64,000 bases of DNA, taken from assembly GCA_963828525.1 (NCBI GenBank), contig CAWHEP010000011.1, forward strand, positions 64,001 to 128,000, given 5' to 3'. Positions 43,293 to 53,739 of this stretch are shown here, one piece after another. Below the pieces are notes generated by a model. The model was not told the DNA's origin, searched no databases, and worked only from the letters and a program-made list of their open reading frames with translations. A program made the translations under genes and the position numbers. Within the stretch, counting starts at the first letter, position 1. Each line of letters starts with the position of its first letter. The DNA comes from an uncultured Verrucomicrobiae bacterium (GTDB taxonomy: Bacteria > Verrucomicrobiota > Verrucomicrobiia > Chthoniobacterales > Chthoniobacteraceae).

Positions 43293-45026
43293 ATGCAGAA
43301 GAAACTTTTCACGGAGCTCGGGCTTTCTCCCGAAATCCTCAAGGCGGTTGAACGGGCCGGGTTTGAAGAGGCGTCCCCCATCCAATCGCAAACCATCCCG
43401 GCCTTGCTCGCGGGATCTGATGTCGTGGGCCAGTCGCAGACAGGCTCTGGGAAGACAGCCGCTTACGCTTTACCAGCAATCGAACTTGTGGACAGCAGGC
43501 TGCGGTCGCCGCAGGCGCTGATCCTCTGTCCCACGCGCGAACTGGCAGTGCAAGTGGCGGAAGAGGTGGCCAGGTTTGCGGCGTTCAAGAGGGGCGTTCG
43601 CGAGCTGCCGATCTACGGCGGCCAGTCTTACGAGCGGCAGTTTCGGGGATTGCAGAACGGCGCCCAGATCATCATTGGCACACCGGGTCGCGTGATGGAT
43701 CACTTGGGGCGCGGAACGTTGCGCCTTGATCAACTGAAGATGGTGGTGCTCGACGAGGCGGATCGCATGCTTGATATGGGCTTCCTCGAGGATATCCGCG
43801 CCATCCTGGGTCACGCCCCCGCGGGCAGGCAGACGGTCTTCTTCTCGGCCACTCTCCCCCGGCCCATACAGGAACTTATCAATCAGTTTACGCGCGACCC
43901 GGTGAGAGTCTGCATCGAGACAGAGGCGCTCACTATGCCGGCGATAGACCAAGTCTATTATGAGGTGGATCGCCGTTCGAAACTCGAGGTGCTTTGCCGT
44001 CTCATCGACTATCAGGATGTGAAGTTCGCTCTCATTTTTTGCGCGACCAAGATGATGGTCGATGACCTTGTCGAGCATCTCATTGCCCGCGGTTACGCGG
44101 CGGACAAACTGCACGGCGACATGTCCCAGCCCCTGCGCGAGCGGGTGATGGCAAAGTTCCGCAAGCACGGAATCGAATTCCTTGTGGCAACCGATGTGGC
44201 GGCCCGCGGATTGGACATTGACGATATAGAAGTTGTTTTCAACTACGACCTGCCGCACGACGGAGAGGACTACCTGCACCGCATTGGGCGAACCGGCCGG
44301 GCCGGGCGCAAGGGACGCGCAGTCACGTTCGTGGCCGGTCGAGAGATTTACAGGCTCCAAAACATTGTCCGTTTTACCAAAGGCAACATCCGTCGCGAGC
44401 GGGTGCCCAGCGCCGAACAAGTAGAAGAAAAGCGCGCCAATGTGTTTCTTGATCTGCTTCGCGAGACGTTGGAGAAGGGTGAATTCAAACGACAGGACGC
44501 GCTGATCGAAGGCTTGCTCGATCAGGGCCACTCGCCCACTGACATCTCTTCCGCTCTGCTCCACCTGCTTGCAAAAGAAGGCCCGCGAGGGAACGAGCGT
44601 CCAGCGGAGCCGGCTAAAATCGAACCGCGGGGGTATCCTCCCCGTGGCGAGGACTCACGTTCGTCAAACGGGCGCGGCCGCGATCCCGTCGGAAGCCCGC
44701 CAGCGCGTGAACGCGGGAAGGGAGCGCCTCAGAAGCCAAGGAAAAGCTCCTCCCAGGAGGTGCGCGCGGTTGGCGTTCTTTCAAGCGAGCCCGGCATGCT
44801 TAGGCTCGCGCTAAATTTAGGGCAGGATCAAGACGTCGTCGCTGGAGACGTGGCCGGAGTCATGTTCGGCGCGGCAAAAGTGCCGAAGGAATGTGTCGGC
44901 GCCATTCACCTCCTGCCAACAAAAACCCTTGTCGATGTGGCCGAGGATTACGCGAATGTGGTTCTGAAGAAGTTGAATGGAATCACCTTCAAAGGACGCA
45001 AGCTTGCGATCAAGGTCTCGGAGTGA
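43293..45026 (+). CDS. deaD: DEAD-box RNA helicase with a DbpA-type C-terminal domain
   Basis: 'QTGSGKT', 'PTRELA', 'DEAD', 'SAT', 'HRIGRTGRAG'. Confidence 0.92.
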   Translation: MQKKLFTELGLSPEILKAVERAGFEEASPIQSQTIPALLAGSDVVGQSQTGSGKTAAYALPAIELVDSRLRSPQALILCPTRELAVQVAEEVARFAAFKRGVRELPIYGGQSYERQFRGLQNGAQIIIGTPGRVMDHLGRGTLRLDQLKMVVLDEADRMLDMGFLEDIRAILGHAPAGRQTVFFSATLPRPIQELINQFTRDPVRVCIETEALTMPAIDQVYYEVDRRSKLEVLCRLIDYQDVKFALIFCATKMMVDDLVEHLIARGYAADKLHGDMSQPLRERVMAKFRKHGIEFLVATDVAARGLDIDDIEVVFNYDLPHDGEDYLHRIGRTGRAGRKGRAVTFVAGREIYRLQNIVRFTKGNIRRERVPSAEQVEEKRANVFLDLLRETLEKGEFKRQDALIEGLLDQGHSPTDISSALLHLLAKEGPRGNERPAEPAKIEPRGYPPRGEDSRSSNGRGRDPVGSPPARERGKGAPQKPRKSSSQEVRAVGVLSSEPGMLRLALNLGQDQDVVAGDVAGVMFGAAKVPKECVGAIHLLPTKTLVDVAEDYANVVLKKLNGITFKGRKLAIKVSE

Positions 45027-45047
45027 TCCGGCTCGGCTGAAGATTGC

Positions 45048-46343
45048 TCAGTCCTGAAGCGTCCAGATCGTCTTGCCGCTCACGATTGTCCTCACCGCGC
45101 GCCCTTTGAGCTCCATGCCTTCGAACGGCGTGTTACGTGACCGTGAAGAAAAGTTATCCTTTTTCACGACCCATTCCCGATCCGCGTCAATGAGTGTGAC
45201 GTCCGCCTCCGAACCAGGGGATAACGTGCCGCGATCCAGGCCGAGGAGGCGCGCAGGGTTGATGGTGAACATTTCGACGAGTCTGAACATGTCCAGAGCC
45301 TTCTTCTTATGCGCGAGGATATCGATGAAGATGCCCAACTCTGTTTCGAGTCCAACGATTCCGAACGGAGCACAGTCGAACTCGACTTCTTTTTCGTAGT
45401 CGCAATGCGGCGCATGATCGCTGGCGAGGATCGTGATGGTGCCATCGGCGATGCCCTCGATGAGAGCGTCGACATCCCTGTCTTCGCGCAAAGGTGGGTT
45501 CATCTTGAAGTTTGTGTCGTATCCCCGGAGGCACTCATCCGTGAGCGCGATATGATGAGGACAGACCTCGCCGGAAATCCTGACGCCGCGCGCCCGCGCT
45601 TCCCGCAAAAGGCGGATGCTTCCGGCGGCGCTCAGATGCTGGCAGTGAATGGGCGAGTCGCAAAGCTCCGCAAGAAGGATGTTCCGCATCACGATGAGTT
45701 CCTCGCCCGCGGAGGGCCATCCCGGAAGTCCCAGCACGGAGCTCCAATACCCCTCATGCATGACGCCCTTGCCGACGAGGCTGTAATCCTGGCAGTGATC
45801 CATTATAACCAGGTCAAACATTCTCGCGTATTCCAGCGCGCGACGCATGACTTCGTGGTTCTGGACGCAATGCCCGTCGTCGGTGAGCGCGACGATGCCT
45901 GCCCGGTGCATTGAACCGATCGGGGCAAGTTCCTCTCCCGCCAAACCCTTGGTGATCGCTCCAGTCGGAAACACGTTCACACATGCTTCACGCGCGGCCC
46001 GCTCCTTGATCCATGCAATGACGCTTGAATTGTCGGCTGCCGGCAGGGTGTTGGGCATGCACACCACCGATGTGAATCCACCTGCCGCCGCGGCTCTGGT
46101 TCCTGTCGCAATGGTTTCCTTGGCGGATTGCCCCGGCTCCCGCAGATGCGCGTGGATATCAATCAGGCCGGGACACACGAGGAGTCCAGTGGCGTCAATG
46201 ATTTCCAGATCCTCGGAGTAGACGCGGGATTTGCCCTCGAAGTCGATCCTCTCGACCTTTCCATCCTTCAGATAGAGATCACCAACGCGGTTTATGCCGT
46301 TGGCTGGATCAACGATGTGGCCGTTGGTGATGAGGGTGCTCAT
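45048..46343 (-). CDS. pyrC: Dihydroorotase
   Basis: '[10 protein letters not shown]', 'KMNPPLR', 'SDHAPH'. Confidence 0.95.
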   Translation of the reverse strand: MSTLITNGHIVDPANGINRVGDLYLKDGKVERIDFEGKSRVYSEDLEIIDATGLLVCPGLIDIHAHLREPGQSAKETIATGTRAAAAGGFTSVVCMPNTLPAADNSSVIAWIKERAAREACVNVFPTGAITKGLAGEELAPIGSMHRAGIVALTDDGHCVQNHEVMRRALEYARMFDLVIMDHCQDYSLVGKGVMHEGYWSSVLGLPGWPSAGEELIVMRNILLAELCDSPIHCQHLSAAGSIRLLREARARGVRISGEVCPHHIALTDECLRGYDTNFKMNPPLREDRDVDALIEGIADGTITILASDHAPHCDYEKEVEFDCAPFGIVGLETELGIFIDILAHKKKALDMFRLVEMFTINPARLLGLDRGTLSPGSEADVTLIDADREWVVKKDNFSSRSRNTPFEGMELKGRAVRTIVSGKTIWTLQD

Positions 46344-47287
46344 CCCGCTGTTTCCTTCTCCGGGCTGATGGGGCCGCCGCCGGCGCAGAGATATAGAACC
46401 GCCATCCGCACCGCGAGGCCGTTTGTGACCTGGTCGAGGATCACGCTGCGAGGGCTGTCGGCGATCTCGCTGTCAATTTCGACTCCCCGATTAATCGGCC
46501 CCGGGTGCATGATGAGGCAGTCCGGTTTCAGTCTTTCCGCCCTCTCCTTCGTCAATCCGAAGAGGTTTACGTATTCGGCCAAGCTGGGGAAGAATTGCTT
46601 TTGTTGCCTCTCGTGCTGAATCCGCAACAAGTTGACCACATCTGCTTCCGCCAGAACGTCATCGATCCGATTTGAGATTGAGACGCCCATTCTAAGAAAA
46701 GTCCGCGGCACCAGGGTGCTTGGCCCAACCAGCGTCACCTTGGCCCCAAGCTTCAGGAGTGCCCATATATTCGATCTGGCGACGCGGCTGAAAAGAATGT
46801 CGCCGATGATCGCCACGCGCAACCCCTCGATGGGGCCTCTCTTTTCCCGGATGGTAAACACATCCAGGAGGGCCTGCGTGGGGTGTTCGTGCGCGCCATC
46901 TCCAGCATTCACCACACTGGCCTGCAGTCGTTCGGCGAGGAATTGCGCGGCGCCCGCTGATTGATGGCGCAACACGATGATATCCGCGTGCAGGGCTTGA
47001 AGGTTCAACGCCGTATCCTTCAGCGTTTCTCCCTTCGTAAGGCTGGAGGTGGATGCCGAGATGTTGATGACATCGGCGCTCAGACGGAAGGCAGCGAGTT
47101 CAAAGGACGTCCTTGTGCGCGTGCTGGGTTCCACGAAGAAATTCACCAGCGTTTTGCCCCGGAGCGCTGGCACCTTCTTGATCTCCCGCGCCCCGATCTG
47201 TTTGAAAGCGGCGGCGGTATCCAGCATGCGCGTGATCTCGGCGGCATCCAGATCCTGCATCCCCAAAAGATCTTTGCGCCAGGTCAT
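46340..47287 (-). CDS. pyrB: Aspartate carbamoyltransferase catalytic subunit
   Basis: 'EPSTRT', 'HPTQ', 'HPGP'. Confidence 0.96.
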   Translation of the reverse strand: MTWRKDLLGMQDLDAAEITRMLDTAAAFKQIGAREIKKVPALRGKTLVNFFVEPSTRTRTSFELAAFRLSADVINISASTSSLTKGETLKDTALNLQALHADIIVLRHQSAGAAQFLAERLQASVVNAGDGAHEHPTQALLDVFTIREKRGPIEGLRVAIIGDILFSRVARSNIWALLKLGAKVTLVGPSTLVPRTFLRMGVSISNRIDDVLAEADVVNLLRIQHERQQKQFFPSLAEYVNLFGLTKERAERLKPDCLIMHPGPINRGVEIDSEIADSPRSVILDQVTNGLAVRMAVLYLCAGGGPISPEKETAG

Positions 47288-47841
47288 TCCCGTGAGAGCC
47301 AAACCGAGTCGGGCATGGAATCCACCGTCTCCAGGCGCACGTACACCCGCTGTTTCGAAGAAGTGGGCAGGTTCTTCCCGACATAGTCGGGGCGGATGGG
47401 GAGTTCCCTGTGCCCGCGGTCAACCAGCACGGCGAGCTGTATGCGTTGTGGTCTTCCAAACGAGACGATCGCGTCCAGCGCGGCGCGGCACGTGCGGCCG
47501 GTGTAAAAGACATCGTCTGTAAGGATGACGGTGCGACCCTCGAGGTTCAGCGGAAGTTTGGAAACCTCCACGGGCGATAGTCCTCGCCTCATGCGAATAT
47601 CGTCCCGATGCATCGAAACATCGATAACGCCAAACTCCATGCGAAAGCTCTCGATCTGTTCCACGAGAGCAATCAGCCGGCGGGCGATCTCGACGCCGCG
47701 GGAAGGGATGCCAGCCACAACGGCATCCTTTAAATTCGGCACATTCTCGACAATCTCGTGCGCGATTCTCCTCAGCGCGCGGTCTATCGCGGCAGCATCG
47801 AGGATGAGGACAGCAGAGGAGGGAGGAGGGGGTGACGGCAT
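47284..47841 (-). CDS. pyrR: PyrR regulator / uracil phosphoribosyltransferase
   Basis: 'RIAHEI', 'DDVFYTGRT', '[17 protein letters not shown]'. Confidence 0.96.
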   Translation of the reverse strand: MPSPPPPSSAVLILDAAAIDRALRRIAHEIVENVPNLKDAVVAGIPSRGVEIARRLIALVEQIESFRMEFGVIDVSMHRDDIRMRRGLSPVEVSKLPLNLEGRTVILTDDVFYTGRTCRAALDAIVSFGRPQRIQLAVLVDRGHRELPIRPDYVGKNLPTSSKQRVYVRLETVDSMPDSVWLSRE

Positions 47842-47843
47842 AG

Positions 47844-47876
47844 TCCTTGGCGACCTCTCTGGATCGCTTTAAAGGA
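47844..47876 (-). promoter_or_regulatory. PyrR-binding RNA hairpin covering the pyrR translation initiation region
   Basis: Minus strand TCCTTTAAAGCGATCCAGAGAGGTCGCCAAGGA contains the CUUUAA and UCCAGAGAGG elements; ends 2 nt before ATG. Confidence 0.85.
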
Positions 47877-47913
47877 GCAGTGTCTCTGGCGGTTATTTAC
47901 GTCATGAAACTAT

Positions 47914-48147
47914 TTAGGCGCGGTTCGCCGCCTTTTGCCGGCGTTCCCTCCATGCCGAACGGTATTTCACGATCCAGTCGAGCAGAGCCTTTTCGAAACC
48001 GATGTCATGCCCCACTTTTTCACTCTCGATCCACTTGTGACGCAGGATTTCTTCGCGCTCGGCCAGGAATTCCTTATACAAAACGGAGTTCTTGACCAGG
48101 TCCGAGTTTTCCTCTTTCTGGGATTCGATAGTCATTGTGCTTTTCAT
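47914..48147 (-). CDS. Small DUF4032-like protein
   Basis: 'EREEILRHKWIESEK.G.DIGFE.AL.DW'. Confidence 0.75.
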   Translation of the reverse strand: MKSTMTIESQKEENSDLVKNSVLYKEFLAEREEILRHKWIESEKVGHDIGFEKALLDWIVKYRSAWRERRQKAANRA

Positions 48148-48280
48148 GAGAGCGAGAGCCGTCGAAGGTTATACGGCAGCAGGGATGGGACAGATGACCT
48201 TCCTATATGGAAATTCAGACGAGGGCAAGGGAACATTCATTCGATATGACAAGAGTCATTCCTCAGCCTCTTGAAATTGT

Positions 48281-49327
48281 TCAACTGGGCAGCAGTTCTC
48301 TCAGTCTCTTGGCGATACCGAAGAATTCCTGACTCACCAGGCAGCGCGGATCCTGAACGCCAATTGGCTGCCCGCGATCCCCGGCCTCTCGGGTGGCGAT
48401 GTCGATCGGAATCTGTCCCAAAAGAGGAACGCGCAAGCGCGCGGCCTCGCGCTGCCCGCCTCCGGTGCCAAAGATGTCATAGCGGGTGTTGTCCTTCGGG
48501 CAGACAAAGTAGCTCATGTTCTCGACCAAACCGAGCACGGGCACGTTGACACGCGCGAACATCGCGGAAGCCTTCCGCGCGTCTATGAGCGCCATCTCCT
48601 GTGGAGTGGTTACGATCACGGCGCCAGAGAGCGCGACTGTCTGGACGATCGTGAGCTGGATATCACCCGTCCCAGGGGGAAGGTCGAGCACCAAAAAATC
48701 GAGCGTTCCCCATTCCACATTTCGCAGGAACTGCTGGGTATAGCGCGTCACCATCGGGCCGCGCAGGATCACAGGGGAGTCATCTTCGAGAAGGAAGCCC
48801 ATCGACATGAGCTTTAAATCGCAAGCCTCAATCGGCAGAATCCGGTTATCCTCGGTGCCCATCGGACGCTCGCGGGAGCCGAACATTAGCGGCACGCTTG
48901 GTCCGTAAAGATCGCAATCGCACAACCCGACCGCCGCGCCCGTCCGCTGCAGTGCCACGGCTAGATTTGCGGCGACCGTTGATTTGCCGACTCCACCCTT
49001 GCCGCTGGCAACCGCGATGATGTGCTTCACCCCGGGTATGGCAGAGGCGCCTGTTCCCGCTGTCTGCGCTGGCGCCTGGATGTCTATCTTTACCTGAACC
49101 TTGCCTACTCCCTTTATGGCCCGCAAAGCCTCCTCGCTTTCCGTTTTGATAGCCTGCGGCACCGCCGGATCGCTCGTGGCGATCGACATCTGGACCACGA
49201 CATCCGAGCCTTTGATTTCGGTGCTCTTGATCAGCCCGAAAGAAACGATGTCCCGGCTAAAGCCAGGGTATTTAACGGTCGCGAGGCGGCTCTTGACGAG
49301 CTCCTCCGTGATTCGCGTCTGAAACAT
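48281..49327 (-). CDS. mrp: Mrp/NBP35 (ApbC) Fe-S cluster carrier ATPase
   Basis: 'SGKGGVGKST', 'DLPPGTGD', 'ENMSYFVCP'. Confidence 0.93.
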   Translation of the reverse strand: MFQTRITEELVKSRLATVKYPGFSRDIVSFGLIKSTEIKGSDVVVQMSIATSDPAVPQAIKTESEEALRAIKGVGKVQVKIDIQAPAQTAGTGASAIPGVKHIIAVASGKGGVGKSTVAANLAVALQRTGAAVGLCDCDLYGPSVPLMFGSRERPMGTEDNRILPIEACDLKLMSMGFLLEDDSPVILRGPMVTRYTQQFLRNVEWGTLDFLVLDLPPGTGDIQLTIVQTVALSGAVIVTTPQEMALIDARKASAMFARVNVPVLGLVENMSYFVCPKDNTRYDIFGTGGGQREAARLRVPLLGQIPIDIATREAGDRGQPIGVQDPRCLVSQEFFGIAKRLRELLPS

Positions 49328-49336
49328 CTCCCCGCT

Positions 49337-50739
49337 TCAGTATCGCTTCCGCATGTTGCTCGGGAGGATATTCAACTCATTCCGGTACTTCGCCACCGTG
49401 CGGCGCGCGATCGGAATTCCCCGCCCGCTCAGTATTTCGACGATCTCCTTGTCGCTCAGAGGGTTCTTGGATGACTCTTCCTTAACGAGGATCGAGATGG
49501 CGTCCTTGACACTGGTATTGCTCATCGTCTCCCCGCCCGCCGTCTGGTAGCCGGGAGTAAAGAAATACTTCATCTCGAATACGCCCTGCGGGGTGGCGAT
49601 GTACTTGCTGGAGATGGCACGGCTGACGGTGGTCTCATGCACTCCTACAGCCTCGGCTATCTGCACCATGGTCAACGGCTTCAACGATGCTGGGCCTTTT
49701 TCCAGGAATTCCGTCTGCCGCGAAACAATCTCATGCGCGATGTTGGATATGGTTTGCTGCCGTTGGTGGATGCTCTTGATCAGGAACTTGCCGCTGCGAA
49801 TCTTGTCGCGGATGTAATCCTTGACGTCGGTGCCGTTCCCGTCTTGCGCCATCAGGTCTTTATACGTGTTGCTGATGCGGAGATGGGGAATCTGTTCCCC
49901 GTTGAGAGTGATCGTGTAGCCGGTCCCGATTTTCTCTACGTTGACGTCCGGAAGGACGTAGTTGTTTGGATCCGGGGTGAATATCTGGCCCGGTTTGGGG
50001 TCCAGCGTCGCAATGAAATTCGCGCACCTCTGGATTTGTTCGACCGTCGTCCCCAAACGCCGGGCGATTTCTGGGAAACGGCGCTTGCCCAAGTCGTCAA
50101 TATGATGCGCGACGATGCGGAATTCCAAGTTTGCTCCTTGCCCAACCGGCGGAGCTGAATCAACAGGCAGTCCTTCAAGTCGCGCGCTCCGACCCCCACA
50201 GGGTGGAACGTCTGAACGACCATAAGAACGCGTTCGAGATCGGCAGGGTCAGCGCCGCTGTTTAAAGCCATGTCTTCCGGCGAAGTTTGCAAAAAGCCGA
50301 GTTCATCGATATTTCCGATAATCATCTCAGCCAACTTGCGATCATCGGAACTGAGATCGCTGCTTTGAACCTGATCGATAAGGTGCTGCTGCAGGGTCTC
50401 CTGGCTGATGATGGAGTCGAAAAAGAACTGACGCCGTTCTTCCTCCTCCTGTGACCGGCCAGAATACGTATTATTCTGCGCCATGTAGTCGCGCCACTCT
50501 TCGTCAAGCTTTGCAAGCCGTTCGAATTCTTCCTTAAACTCATCCTGATCACGCTGGCGATCCTCGATGGAAGGTTCGGTGATTTCCTCTTCCAGGACAG
50601 GATTTGTTTGAAGCTCCTGCTGCACGAGGTTCCGGAGTTCCAGCATGGGTACCTGCAGGATCTGCAGGCTTTGCTGGAGCTGAGGCGCCAGCACCTGCTG
50701 CATGGAGAGGTTTTGGACCTGTTGCATGCCTTGAGCCAT
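49337..50739 (-). CDS. rpoN: RNA polymerase sigma-54 factor (apparent frameshift near 50130)
   Basis: Gln/Leu-rich region I 'PQLQQSLQILQ'; 'HETTVSRA'; RpoN box 'ARRTVAKYR'. Confidence 0.95.
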
Positions 50740-50831
50740 ATGATGAAGGTACAGTGTGAGAGCCTGTCCGCAAGCAGCAATCGCGCCAGAATGCGTAATG
50801 GCAAGCTTGTCGTGAGGGATGCTCGCGAAGC

Positions 50832-50847
50832 TGGCCTGCTTCGTGCT
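50832..50847 (+). promoter_or_regulatory. Candidate sigma-54 (-24/-12) promoter
   Basis: TGGCCTGCTTCGTGCT, GG-N10-GC spacing; ATG follows at 50860. Confidence 0.45.
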
Positions 50848-50859
50848 CTTCATATCCCC

Positions 50860-51102
50860 ATGCACAGCAAGTCTGCCTACTCTCTGGGTGCCGTCGCGTG
50901 CGCCCTGCTCTTGGCCTTTATAGCGCCACCGTCCTCGCGCGGAGACGCCGATCCTGATCCCGCTCTTCTCAGTTTGATCAAGGACGTCACTGCTCAGCAA
51001 AAAACAATCGTCGAGAATCAAGCGAAGATTGATGAGAAGCTTTCCGCCGCTACAGAAACGCTCAGGCAGGCGCGTATTTTCGTGTCACGCGGAGGGAGAT
51101 AG
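50860..51102 (+). CDS. Small exported coiled-coil protein
   Basis: Signal peptide then heptads 'LIKDVTAQQKTIVENQAKIDEKL'. Confidence 0.7.
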   Translation: MHSKSAYSLGAVACALLLAFIAPPSSRGDADPDPALLSLIKDVTAQQKTIVENQAKIDEKLSAATETLRQARIFVSRGGR

Positions 51103-51103
51103 A

Positions 51104-51328
51104 ATGAAAAATCGCATTACAGGCTTTTACGTGGCACTGCTGCTCCTGCTCGGAACGCCGGCACTCAATTCCCAGTGGCCCTCGACGTATGTCGCCCCGA
51201 TCGACAGTCTCAAGGCGATCAAAGCGGCAAATGTGGAGTTGATCCAAAAACAGGAGAAGACTCTACAGGTTCTCGACGATCTGGAGAAAACTTCTCAAGA
51301 GATCAAGATCCGCGGCAAGCGGACCTAA
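51104..51328 (+). CDS. Small exported coiled-coil protein
   Basis: Signal peptide then heptads 'LKAIKAANVELIQKQEKTLQVLDDL'; GGAGGGAG RBS-like sequence upstream. Confidence 0.7.
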   Translation: MKNRITGFYVALLLLLGTPALNSQWPSTYVAPIDSLKAIKAANVELIQKQEKTLQVLDDLEKTSQEIKIRGKRT

Positions 51329-51358
51329 GCTTCAAGCGCGACCTCGAGATCGGAGGAG

Positions 51359-52741
51359 TTACGCCTTCGCTTCAACTCGAGCAGATTTCACTTCGAGTTT
51401 GCGGTAGAGAGTGGCCATGCTGATGCCTAGCATCTTAGCCGCTCGTTCGCGCGAGTTTTCGTTGAATTTGATTGTTTCCTCGATGTAACGGCGTTCCTGA
51501 TCACGGATAAACTCGTCCAACGTCTGTCCGACAGGCATCTCTTGCTTCGCTGCCGGAATGGAAGCGCCGGACTGCCTGATCACGTGTGGCGGAAGGTCAG
51601 ACGCGCGGATCACGCCTTCTTCGCAAAGCGCGCAGGCGCGTTCGATGGCATTTTCAAGCTCCCTTACGTTACCCGGCCATCGGTAATGCGAGAGAATCTC
51701 AAGGGCTTTCGGATCGATCTTCCTCGGCTCCGAACCCGTTTGCGAAGCATTCTTGTTGAGAAAATGATTCACCAGCAGAGGGATGTCTTCGATCCGTTCG
51801 CGAAGCGCTGGCATCTCCAGCGGGATGACTGCCAGCCGGTAATATAAATCCTCGCGGAATTGGCCCGTCTTGATCTTCTCCTGAAGAGCTTCATTTGTGG
51901 CGGCCAGCACGCGCACGTTGATGGGCATGCTCTTTGTGTCTCCCACGCGGCGGATTTGACGCTCCTGCAGGACGCGAAGCAATTTTGTTTGAAGCGGCTG
52001 CGCCATCGAATTCACCTCATCGAGGAAGATAGTGCCCATATGCGCTTCTTCGAAGAGGCCTGTCTTATCCAGGGCTGCCCCGGTGAACGCCCCTTTCTTG
52101 TGGCCGAACAACTCCGACTCCAGCAGGTTCTCAGGAAGGGCGCTGCAGTTGATGGCGACGAAGGGCTGATGCTGTCTGCTGCTATTGAAATGCAACGCGC
52201 GCGCCACCAGTTCCTTGCCCGTGCCGCTCTCCCCTTGGATGAGGATTGTGCTGTCGGTATCCGCGACCTTTGCAATGAGGTTGTAAATCTCCTGCATGCT
52301 CTGGCTGGTGCCGATGATGTTCTCAAACCGATATCGCTCCTTCAGCTCCTTTTTGAGATAGACGTTTTCACGAACTGCGCTCTGAAAATCCAAAGCCCGC
52401 TGGATGGTCAACTGGAGTTCGTCGATTTTGAACGGCTTGGTAATGTAATCGTATGCGCCCAGCTTCATCGCTTCGATCGCGGTCTCAACTGAAGCGTACG
52501 CCGTAATCATGATCACAGCGGGTTGCGGATTCATCTCCCTGCACTCGCGGAGCACGTCGAATCCGCCAACTTTCTCCATCTTGATGTCCGTGATCACCGC
52601 CTGCGGGGCCACACTGTGGAGCGCGTCTATCGCTTTTTGCGCGGAGTTGTACGGGAAGACCTGGTGGCCCTTGTCTCGACACAAAGTCGAGATGACCTCC
52701 ACCATGGCCGGTTCATCATCAATGATCGCTATGCGTGCCAT
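51359..52741 (-). CDS. Sigma-54-dependent response regulator (NtrC/AtoC family)
   Basis: REC domain, 'GESGTGKE', 'GAFTGA', 'WPGNVREL', Fis-type HTH. Confidence 0.95.
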   Translation of the reverse strand: MARIAIIDDEPAMVEVISTLCRDKGHQVFPYNSAQKAIDALHSVAPQAVITDIKMEKVGGFDVLRECREMNPQPAVIMITAYASVETAIEAMKLGAYDYITKPFKIDELQLTIQRALDFQSAVRENVYLKKELKERYRFENIIGTSQSMQEIYNLIAKVADTDSTILIQGESGTGKELVARALHFNSSRQHQPFVAINCSALPENLLESELFGHKKGAFTGAALDKTGLFEEAHMGTIFLDEVNSMAQPLQTKLLRVLQERQIRRVGDTKSMPINVRVLAATNEALQEKIKTGQFREDLYYRLAVIPLEMPALRERIEDIPLLVNHFLNKNASQTGSEPRKIDPKALEILSHYRWPGNVRELENAIERACALCEEGVIRASDLPPHVIRQSGASIPAAKQEMPVGQTLDEFIRDQERRYIEETIKFNENSRERAAKMLGISMATLYRKLEVKSARVEAKA

Positions 52742-52813
52742 AAGTTCTCAAAAAAGAGATAATCGCATTTGTGAGAAAGGAAAGTGATTTCCAGCAGAAT
52801 TACTCCAAAACGT

Positions 52814-53737
52814 TTAAAAACCTGTTGGAGTCGAGGCGAGGCGCGATAACCCGTATGTGAGGAGGAGCTTGCTGTCCTCCCAGATTCCGGGTCTGTTCGT
52901 GTGCATTACCACTGAGATCACCTCCCTGCCATCCTTCAGGGCCGAACTCACGAGCACCTGTTGGGCGGGGATTGTATAACCGGTCTTCAACCCGGTACAG
53001 CCAGGGTATTCCCACAGCAGGCGGTTGTGATTTCTGAGTTCCACGACTCCCGCCGGGCTGATCCAAGGGAAGCTGACGGTGGAAACTATGCGGCGGAAGA
53101 AAGGCTGCTGCATTGCCGCCCGAGCGATTAGGGCGAGATCGCGCGGCGTAGTGTAATGTTCCTTGTTATGCAGGCCATTTGGGTTGGCGAAGTGGCTGGA
53201 TGTGGCTCCCAATTCCCGCGCGCGAGTGTTCATCTTGGCCGCAAATGCTTCGATGCTCCCGGCGTTGTCTCGCGCCAGCGCGCGAGCGACGTCGTTCGCG
53301 CTCTTCAACATCATCCCGAAAAGGAGCTGCCTTCGAGTATACATTTCTCCGGGCTTGAGATCCAGAGAGCTTGGTTCCACCTGCGTATCCGGCAGCGTCA
53401 CCGTGACCTCCTGATCGAGATTGCCTTCCTCGATCACGATAAGGGCCGTGAGTATCTTCGTTGTGCTGGCCGGGTAAAAAGCCTGGGCGCAATTCTTCTG
53501 GTAAAGCGTCTCGCCCGTGAGGGCGTCGATCACGACCGCGCCCATGGCCGCAAGGGGCAATTCGCCCGGCGAAGGCGCGGGGCTGACCGCGGACGAACTC
53601 ACAGGATCAGGCGGCGTAATCCGCCGTCTCCTCGCCTCGGCTGTCTGTCCGACAAAAAGGAGCGCCAGACAGATTGCGCCCGTAAGCGCGATGCGCTGCT
53701 GGCGAGTCGAGCAGAAGCGACGGAGGGGAGGGCGCAT
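52814..53737 (-). CDS. D-alanyl-D-alanine carboxypeptidase (peptidase S11)
   Basis: 'PASTTK', 'SAN', 'KTG'. Confidence 0.92.
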   Translation of the reverse strand: MRPPLRRFCSTRQQRIALTGAICLALLFVGQTAEARRRRITPPDPVSSSAVSPAPSPGELPLAAMGAVVIDALTGETLYQKNCAQAFYPASTTKILTALIVIEEGNLDQEVTVTLPDTQVEPSSLDLKPGEMYTRRQLLFGMMLKSANDVARALARDNAGSIEAFAAKMNTRARELGATSSHFANPNGLHNKEHYTTPRDLALIARAAMQQPFFRRIVSTVSFPWISPAGVVELRNHNRLLWEYPGCTGLKTGYTIPAQQVLVSSALKDGREVISVVMHTNRPGIWEDSKLLLTYGLSRLASTPTGF

Positions 53738-53739
53738 AG

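Noticed and set aside
43470..44564. Long antisense ORFs (also 18994..20136, 34826..35737, 38321..39562)
   Set aside because: Shadows of well-supported genes on the opposite strand
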